The notes beneath the pieces were generated by a model. That model was not told the origin of the DNA and searched no databases. It saw nothing but the letters and a program-made list of their open reading frames with translations. Of a stretch of DNA of 64,000 bases, positions 57,635 to 64,000 are shown piece after piece; position 1 is the first letter of the stretch, and every line of letters starts with the position of its first letter. Source of the DNA: Lentisphaeria bacterium (GTDB lineage Bacteria; Verrucomicrobiota; Lentisphaeria; JABSQK01; JAWLHB01). Location: positions 1 through 64,000 of the forward strand of contig JAWLHB010000003.1 in assembly GCA_041690595.1 (NCBI GenBank), given 5' to 3'. Made by a program: the position numbers and the translations under genes.

Positions 57635-60388
57635 ATGCCTTTTCGCGCGACAGACAAGTCTGAGATCGATTACTCCCGGTTCTTCGACCTCACCCTCGAT
57701 TTCCTGGCGGTCGTCACCATTGGTGACGGATGCTGGCAACAAGTGAATAGTAGTCTTTGCCAGGCGTTGGGACATGATTTCGAGGAGCTGAAGGAGAAAG
57801 CGTTCCGCGACTTCGTGCATCCCGATGACCGAAAGTTGAGCGACTTGGCGTTGCAGGTGGGGAGCGATGCCAGCTATTCGCTGCACAACGAATACCGGAT
57901 GATGTGCAAGAACGGCGATTGCCGCTGGATCGAATGGCAGCTGCGACCTTTTGCCAACGAGGGACTGCTCTATTGCACGGGACGGGATGTGAGCGATCGG
58001 CGTCATGCGGACGAGGCGTTGCAGAAGCGCAAGCAGCGGCTGGATCTTGCCCTCGGGGCCGCCAATATGGGCGTATTCGAGTGGGATCTGCAGACTGGCT
58101 TCGCGGTCTGGGAGAATCTGCGCATGTACCGGCTCTTCGGACATCCCCCGAATTCACAACCTCCCAGCAGGGAAGCCTTCCTCGATCAGCACCTGCATCC
58201 CGATGACCAGGCGATATTCCTGGAGGCCCTCGACCATGCCCGGCAGCCTGGATCTCCCTTTCGCTGCATGGCGCGCGCCAAGGCGCTCGGGGCCGATCAC
58301 TGGCAGTGGCTCGAGTTTCTCGGCAAGGTGCAGCACGACTGCCAGGGTACACCGTTGCGCCTGCTGAGCGTCGTTCACGACATCAGCGAACGTCATCAGG
58401 CGGAAGCAGCGCTACGGGCGAGCGAAGAGCGCCTGCGCCTGGTGGGCAAGGCCACCAACGACGTCATCTGGGACTGGGACATTCTGGGCAATTGCATAGA
58501 GTGGAGCGAAGCCGCCGTCGATCAATTCGGGGTAACGCGAGATGAACTGCGCACAAGCTGCGAGCAATGGGCGGCGCGGATTCATCCTGATGATCGCGAT
58601 TATGTGCTCAACGATCTCCGGGAGGCACTCACCGGCAGTCTGGATTCGTGGCAGGCGGAGTATCGCTACCTCGTACGCGACAACAACTATGCAACGCTGC
58701 TCGATCGCGGCATCATTGCCCGCGACGGTGCCGGCACGGCCTATCGCATGATCGGCTCCATGATGGACATGTCGACGCATGAACGCGCGGCGGCCGAGTT
58801 GCGTGCCAGCGAAGAGCGTCTGCGGGTGGTGCTCGATGTCCTGCCGGTGGGGATCTTCATCGCTGACGGGGACGGCAGCATCGTGCATCTCAATCCGGCA
58901 GCGCTGGCGATCTGGGGCGACCGGGCGCCGAGCCGTGTGCTCATGGAGCCGGAGGAGAGCTATCACGCTCACTGGCCGGAAAGCGGGCGGCCGCTGGCTG
59001 CTCATGAATGGGGGCTTTACCGGGCGCTGGTTAACGGCGAAACATCCGGTCCCGAGGAGCTGGTCGTCACCACCACGGAAGACGAGCAATGCACCATTCT
59101 CAATTACGCGATGCCGATTCGCGACGAGCAGCAGAAGATCGTCGGAGGCGTGGCGTGCAACGTGGACATCAGCGACCGGAAAGCGGCGCTGCAGGCACTC
59201 AAGCAAGCGCGGGATGAGCTTGAAGAGCGCGTGCGGCAACGGACGGTGCAGTTGCAGCAGCGCGCCGAACAACTGAGCCGTCTTGCCTCGGAATTGACCC
59301 TGACCGAACAGCGCGAGCGACGGCGCCTGGCGCAGACTCTCCACGATCACCTGCAGCAGTTACTGGTCGGCGCGCGTTTCGGTCTTGAGCTGCTCGACCG
59401 TCGCTCCGATCCGCGCCAGCAGCCCCAAATCCGCCAGATCTCCCGCCTGCTCTGCGATTCGATCGATGTCTCGCGCTCGCTGACCGTGGAATTGAGCCCG
59501 CCGATTCTGCATGAAGCGGGTCTGGCCGCCGGCCTCGACTGGCTCGCTCGCCAGATGCGCGACAAACAGAAGCTGGATATCGACCTGCACCTCGGCGACA
59601 GGCCGGAAGGGCTTGTCGAGCGCGAAGACGTGCAGATTCTGCTCTTTCAATCCATTCGGGAGCTGCTCTTCAACGTCATCAAGCACAGCGGCGTCATGGA
59701 GGCTGCTCTGGAGCTGGTCTGGTTGGACAATGGCAATGTCCGCGTCGCGGTCAGCGACAATGGTCGCGGCTTCATCGCCGGGGATCTCTTCACCCGCGCC
59801 CCGGATGCCGGTGGCGGCTTCGGCCTCTTCAGCATCAAGGAGCGGCTGGAACTACAGGGCGGGCGCCTCACGGTTCGCAGCAAGCCCGGCGAAGGGGCCA
59901 CCTTCGTGCTGCTCGCTCCCATCGATGACACGACCGCCCTGCGCCCCGACGTCATCCCCGCTCGTTCCGCCATCGCGGCAGCATCCACCGGCAGCATCGT
60001 TCTGCAGCCGGAACTGGGGCTCTATTCGCGAGTGCTCCTGGCCGATGATCATTCCGTCATGCGTCGCGGGCTCAAGCTGCTTCTGGAGGGAGAGGAGGAC
60101 ATACGGGTGGTCGGCGAAGCTTCTGATGGCGAGGAGGCATGCCGCATGGCGCACGAGCTTCAGCCAGACATTATTCTGATGGATTTCAGCATGCCGCGCA
60201 TGGATGGCGTGCAGGCGACTCGCTGCATACACAGGGAGCTTCCCAACATCCGCATCATCGGCTTGTCGATGTACGAGGAAGAGGACCGTGCCGCGGCCAT
60301 CATCTCGGCGGGTGCAGTGGCCTATGTCAACAAGAGCGAGGATCCCAAAGCCCTCCTCTCCGCCATTCGCACCGCCTGCCCGAGATAA
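57635..60388 (+). CDS. multi-PAS HisKA_3 (NarX-type) histidine kinase with C-terminal receiver domain
   Basis: Four PAS/PAC modules (HPDD three times), ERRRLAQTLHD, DNGRGF, GFGL, LLADDH...ILMDFSMP. Confidence 0.94.
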   Translation: MPFRATDKSEIDYSRFFDLTLDFLAVVTIGDGCWQQVNSSLCQALGHDFEELKEKAFRDFVHPDDRKLSDLALQVGSDASYSLHNEYRMMCKNGDCRWIEWQLRPFANEGLLYCTGRDVSDRRHADEALQKRKQRLDLALGAANMGVFEWDLQTGFAVWENLRMYRLFGHPPNSQPPSREAFLDQHLHPDDQAIFLEALDHARQPGSPFRCMARAKALGADHWQWLEFLGKVQHDCQGTPLRLLSVVHDISERHQAEAALRASEERLRLVGKATNDVIWDWDILGNCIEWSEAAVDQFGVTRDELRTSCEQWAARIHPDDRDYVLNDLREALTGSLDSWQAEYRYLVRDNNYATLLDRGIIARDGAGTAYRMIGSMMDMSTHERAAAELRASEERLRVVLDVLPVGIFIADGDGSIVHLNPAALAIWGDRAPSRVLMEPEESYHAHWPESGRPLAAHEWGLYRALVNGETSGPEELVVTTTEDEQCTILNYAMPIRDEQQKIVGGVACNVDISDRKAALQALKQARDELEERVRQRTVQLQQRAEQLSRLASELTLTEQRERRRLAQTLHDHLQQLLVGARFGLELLDRRSDPRQQPQIRQISRLLCDSIDVSRSLTVELSPPILHEAGLAAGLDWLARQMRDKQKLDIDLHLGDRPEGLVEREDVQILLFQSIRELLFNVIKHSGVMEAALELVWLDNGNVRVAVSDNGRGFIAGDLFTRAPDAGGGFGLFSIKERLELQGGRLTVRSKPGEGATFVLLAPIDDTTALRPDVIPARSAIAAASTGSIVLQPELGLYSRVLLADDHSVMRRGLKLLLEGEEDIRVVGEASDGEEACRMAHELQPDIILMDFSMPRMDGVQATRCIHRELPNIRIIGLSMYEEEDRAAAIISAGAVAYVNKSEDPKALLSAIRTACPR

Positions 60389-60604
60389 AGCCTGACGGCT
60401 GCGCGTTGCGTGCCGCATGAGGTTAAGCCGTCTGCAGATTCTGGTGCACTGACGTTCCTGGAGTTTCTTCTTGCATTCCACGGTTGTTACGCTACCGTTG
60501 CCTCATCTTCACTTCTTTCTGCAGTGATTGGGGCAATCCGGTTCGCAACGTGTGCACACGGTCGAATCCTTTCGAAGACTGTTGTACAACCAAGCGGGGA
60601 GAGT

Positions 60605-61600
60605 ATGAGCAGTCACGCGGGGAGCACGGACTATCATCTGGAACTCGAAATCCTCCTTCAGGATGCCGAGCCTGCGGTCCTCTGCCTGTCAAAGCCTTAT
60701 GTGCTGATCGGGAGCGATGCCATCTGCGATGTCGTTCTGCCAAAGAGCAGTGGCGTTGCCGGGCGGCATTGCCGCATCGTGGCCCTGAAGAACGCTCCGT
60801 ACCAGATCTCCGACTGTGGTTCACCCACGGGGACCTACGTCGATGGCTCACCTGTAATCGAACAGGTTGAGGCCGCGGCCGAGGCTATTATTGCGGTCGG
60901 TAGCGCCACCCTTCGCATCATCTCCATATCGCTACCCAGACGCCGGCGCCGTCCCCTCCTTCACCTGCGTGTTGCCATCCCTGCCATTGCCGCGGCGGCA
61001 GGCGTGGCTGCCTGCGTTCACCATTTTCCAACGTGGCAGGCACGCAGTCCCTGGTTGAGCTCACGGGCAGAAGAGGCACATGCTGTGCTCAAGGCCATGA
61101 AGTGCAGGAACCCGATCAAGTCGTTGATGATCCAGGTCTTTCCGTATGACGCAGAGACAGAGGCGCGGGCGAGCTTCGAAAGTGAGCCTCCCATGCCGTT
61201 GCCTGCCCTGTCCAGTACCGTGGAAGAGCAGGATGCCGCCCTGCCACCACAAAGCAGAGAAGCCGCCCAAAGCGAAGACCCGCCCCCCTCCAGAGCCAGT
61301 GTCAGAGCCGCCGCCAGAGCCGCTGCCCGCCTTGCGCGGCAGGAGGCTGAGCAAGAGCGCCGCGAGAAGTACCTGCTCGAAATCGCCAGGCTGAAGCCAC
61401 TATGGGAACAGATCGGCTGGCAAAGTAGCGCCAGTTCCGTGGCCAGCATGCTGGGACCACCCACCCGGGCGGAGGAGACGACCCATTGGTCGAAGTGGTA
61501 CTACGACTATGACAATGATGTGGCCGCGCAGCCCGGCAGGATCGAGTTCAACAGCCAGGGCCAGGTCAGGCACATCATCAAGCCCGTCTGGCGTCACTGA
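60605..61600 (+). CDS. FHA domain protein with TM segment and small BamE/SmpA-like C-terminal domain
   Basis: IGSDAICDVVL...VAGRHC...DCGSPTGTYVDG; hydrophobic segment; VASMLGPP...WYY...IEF...GQV. Confidence 0.75.
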   Translation: MSSHAGSTDYHLELEILLQDAEPAVLCLSKPYVLIGSDAICDVVLPKSSGVAGRHCRIVALKNAPYQISDCGSPTGTYVDGSPVIEQVEAAAEAIIAVGSATLRIISISLPRRRRRPLLHLRVAIPAIAAAAGVAACVHHFPTWQARSPWLSSRAEEAHAVLKAMKCRNPIKSLMIQVFPYDAETEARASFESEPPMPLPALSSTVEEQDAALPPQSREAAQSEDPPPSRASVRAAARAAARLARQEAEQERREKYLLEIARLKPLWEQIGWQSSASSVASMLGPPTRAEETTHWSKWYYDYDNDVAAQPGRIEFNSQGQVRHIIKPVWRH

Positions 61601-61649
61601 ACCTCAATGCAGGCACAACCACAACCAAAAGGAATCCAACAACGACATC

Positions 61650-61976
61650 ATGCATTTCACTGTTCATTTCAGAAGCGAAAAGGTTTACCAACAGGATCTC
61701 TCCTACGGTCTTGTCTTCATCCCTTGTCCCTGCTGGACCAAAGGCAATCGAATCGTCATCAATCTCAACCGCGAGAACCCGCACTACCAGATGGGCAGCG
61801 TCAGGAAGCTGATCGAGAAAGAGCGCCTCGACCAATGGCTGGGAGAACAGCCCCAGGCGATCGTGCTGGTTCACCAGATTGGCCATGGCACTGAAAAATA
61901 CAAGCAGAAACTCCTGAACGACCTGGATAACGAAGGCTTTGCTGTCCAAGTATTTGACGGCACCGTGGCGGGTTGA
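61650..61976 (+). CDS. hypothetical protein (108 aa)
   Basis: ATG preceded by AAGGA; plausible composition. Confidence 0.55.
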   Translation: MHFTVHFRSEKVYQQDLSYGLVFIPCPCWTKGNRIVINLNRENPHYQMGSVRKLIEKERLDQWLGEQPQAIVLVHQIGHGTEKYKQKLLNDLDNEGFAVQVFDGTVAG

Positions 61977-62094
61977 AAACTTCAACTGCTTACCCCCCAT
62001 CCAGAATTGAGCATCCGAAGGCGCGAGATGCCATGACTTCCCAGAGAAAGCCCAGACGCCGCTGGAGTCAAATTGTCCGGTCTGGAGGTTCTCC

Positions 62095-62880
62095 TTGAGC
62101 ACCGCTGATTCTGCAGACGCGTTCCAGCAGGCGTTGATTCGTGTGCTGAGTCTGCTCCGTGACCAAGCACTACCACTGTCCTTGGCGGAGTTGACAGAGC
62201 GCCTCATGATTATGAGGGGAAGAGCAAAGCCGCTATTCAACGAGGAGCGCTACGTGTCGCTCAGCGCTTTTCTGATTGACCAGGATTTCATCGACTACCG
62301 TGAAGATGAAGATGGCTGCATCGAGATCGTGTATATTGATCGCCAACAGGTACCTTACGAACCGCCGCCATTCCGAGAAAGGAGTTACCGCACCCTCCGT
62401 GACCCTGTTATCGAAGCCTTGAAATTCAAGATAGACTGGCATCCCGATCCGCTGCTGAAGCCCAAGGTCATGGTCAGTGTGTGGCATGATGGTCCCTATA
62501 ACGGCACAAAACCTACCGGCTTCGAATTCGGCCGGCACCGCTGTTCGGCGGACGATTGGTGCGAGGTACTATACAGGGTTCTGGTAATTGCGGCAGAAGA
62601 GGCAGGGGACGCATTCAACGATTTCGAGTTTATCTTCGGTGGCCGGAACAAGCGTTTCTACTTTTCGCGCAATCCGTATTGGGTCAAAGCACAGCGGTCA
62701 GACAATCAGGAACGGGTAGTAAAAATACCCGGGACTGATCTGTACATCGACATCAATTTGAGCGCCAACAATGTGGTAGCCCTGTGCGACGCCATATGCG
62801 ACTATCACCACAGCCCATATCGTGTCCGACCGCTGACCGTTCCTCAGATCAAAGACCGAACACGCAGATACATATCTTAG
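62095..62880 (+). CDS. hypothetical protein with possible SeqA-like C-terminal DNA-binding domain
   Basis: GRNKRFYFS...KIPGTDLYIDINLSAN resembles the SeqA C-domain pattern (from memory). Start uncertain. Confidence 0.6.
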   Translation: MSTADSADAFQQALIRVLSLLRDQALPLSLAELTERLMIMRGRAKPLFNEERYVSLSAFLIDQDFIDYREDEDGCIEIVYIDRQQVPYEPPPFRERSYRTLRDPVIEALKFKIDWHPDPLLKPKVMVSVWHDGPYNGTKPTGFEFGRHRCSADDWCEVLYRVLVIAAEEAGDAFNDFEFIFGGRNKRFYFSRNPYWVKAQRSDNQERVVKIPGTDLYIDINLSANNVVALCDAICDYHHSPYRVRPLTVPQIKDRTRRYIS

Positions 62881-62962
62881 GCAACTACCGGATTGTCCAA
62901 AGTGAGGAATGCACGGTCAGTGGCCATTGGCGCTCACCAGCACCACTTTGAGGCTGATTAAG

Positions 62963-63038
62963 TGGCACCCCGGGTTGGAATTGAACCAACGACCCACGGT
63001 TTAGAAGACCGTTGCTCTATCCACTGAGCTACCGGGGC
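62963..63038 (-). tRNA. tRNA-Arg (anticodon TCT)
   Basis: GCCCCGGTAGCTCAGTGGATAGAGCAACGGTCTTCTAAACCGTGGGTCGTTGGTTCAATTCCAACCCGGGGTGCCA; cloverleaf with encoded CCA. Confidence 0.97.
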
Positions 63039-63200
63039 ACTTGGGCGAGATGTGGTAAGATAGCGTGTCGACGGGAGAGGGCAAGGGTTGATGTGCGGGG
63101 AATGAGCGAAGTGCGCTGGTATTGGGGGCGAGGGCGAGCACATTAGGCGGTTGTCGTCGATCTTCATAATCGTAGCAGCGCCAGAGAAAGGGGGAATACC

Positions 63201-64000
63201 ATGACGAATCGCGAGTTGTTCAGGGAGATCATGTTCTATGGCACCTTCGACCGGATGCCGGTCGTGCATTGGACGGGGTGGCCGGAGACGATGGAACGGT
63301 GGTATGCGGAAGGGCTCCCGCGGGATGTGAACATTCACGATGTACTTGGCACGAAGCCTCACTGGACGGGAATCGGGGCGAATCTCAGCCTCTTCCCTGC
63401 CTTTGAGGAGGAGGTGCTGAAGGAGACGGACGAATACCGCATCGTGCGGGGCGCCGATGGGGTCGTCATGCAGGATTGGAAGCACAAGAGTTGCATTCCG
63501 CACTACATCGATTTCACCATGAAGGATGCCAGTGGCTGGGCGGACTACAAGAAACGGTTGCAGCCGCATCCCGACCGTTTGCCCGCCAATCTCGACCAGC
63601 GCATCGCCCAGGTCAAGGCCAGTGGACTGCCTGTATCGATCGGTACTGCCTCGATGATGGGATGGATCCGCAACTGGATGGGCGTCGAGAATTTCTCTTA
63701 CCTGATGTACGACGAGCCGGACTGCCTCGGTGATATGGTCGATACGCTGGCGGATCTGACCTGCTGGAGCATCGACGCGCTGGTGCCGGCGATGCAGGCA
63801 CAGGGCCTGACACCGGACATGGGCTTTGGCTGGGAAGACATCTGCGGCAAGTCCGGCCCGCTGGTGAGTCCGTCGATCTTCGAGAAGCATGTGGCGAAAG
63901 GCTACCGCAAGGTGCGGAACAAGCTCGAAAGCTACGGTGTGAAGCTGCTGGGCATCGATTCGGATGGCGATGTGCGCCCCCTGCTCAAGCAATGGCTGGA
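63201..64000 (+). CDS. uroporphyrinogen decarboxylase family protein (partial, runs off the window)
   Basis: MTNRELFREIM...WPETMERW...RNWMGVE...WEDICGKSGPLVSP...IDSDGDV; no stop in the window, so absent from the ORF track. Confidence 0.9.
   Translation, partial: MTNRELFREIMFYGTFDRMPVVHWTGWPETMERWYAEGLPRDVNIHDVLGTKPHWTGIGANLSLFPAFEEEVLKETDEYRIVRGADGVVMQDWKHKSCIPHYIDFTMKDASGWADYKKRLQPHPDRLPANLDQRIAQVKASGLPVSIGTASMMGWIRNWMGVENFSYLMYDEPDCLGDMVDTLADLTCWSIDALVPAMQAQGLTPDMGFGWEDICGKSGPLVSPSIFEKHVAKGYRKVRNKLESYGVKLLGIDSDGDVRPLLKQWL

Noticed and set aside
62958..63992. 344-aa minus-strand ORF
   Set aside because: It overlaps the tRNA and is antisense to the real plus-strand URO-D-like gene starting at 63201.

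Overview
This is a high-GC bacterial chromosome segment, most likely from the PVC superphylum (Lentisphaerota/Kiritimatiellota-like). That assignment is inferred from a prepilin/H-X9-DG gene, a GntR-LacI hybrid regulator, several URO-D-like genes and very large secreted proteins. Core and metabolic genes include ligA, an OppC-like permease, two sensor kinases, a probable Ser/Thr pseudokinase, GH4 melA with AraC, a tandem PilT fusion, YpdA, DUF4838, alpha-2-macroglobulin, galE and tRNA-Arg(TCT). Accessory regions: (1) a REP/BIME-like repeat array at 1-830, with more copies near 50.1-50.3 kb. (2) A ~3.1 kb decayed element (10060-13154) bounded by a 28/29-bp direct repeat. It keeps an intact Abi_2/AbiF HEPN gene with a promoter and a small structured upstream RNA, next to a collapsed type I R-M locus and a truncated phage-type replication gene with iterons. 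(3) A ~24 kb minus-strand, pilin-led cluster of large, mostly uncharacterised proteins, some apparently catalytically degenerate. (4) A toxin-antitoxin/defence array (45.5-50.3 kb) whose modules are separated by related repeats. (5) A small cluster beside the tRNA that includes a SeqA-like domain. All family calls come from reading motifs by eye; no database search was run.
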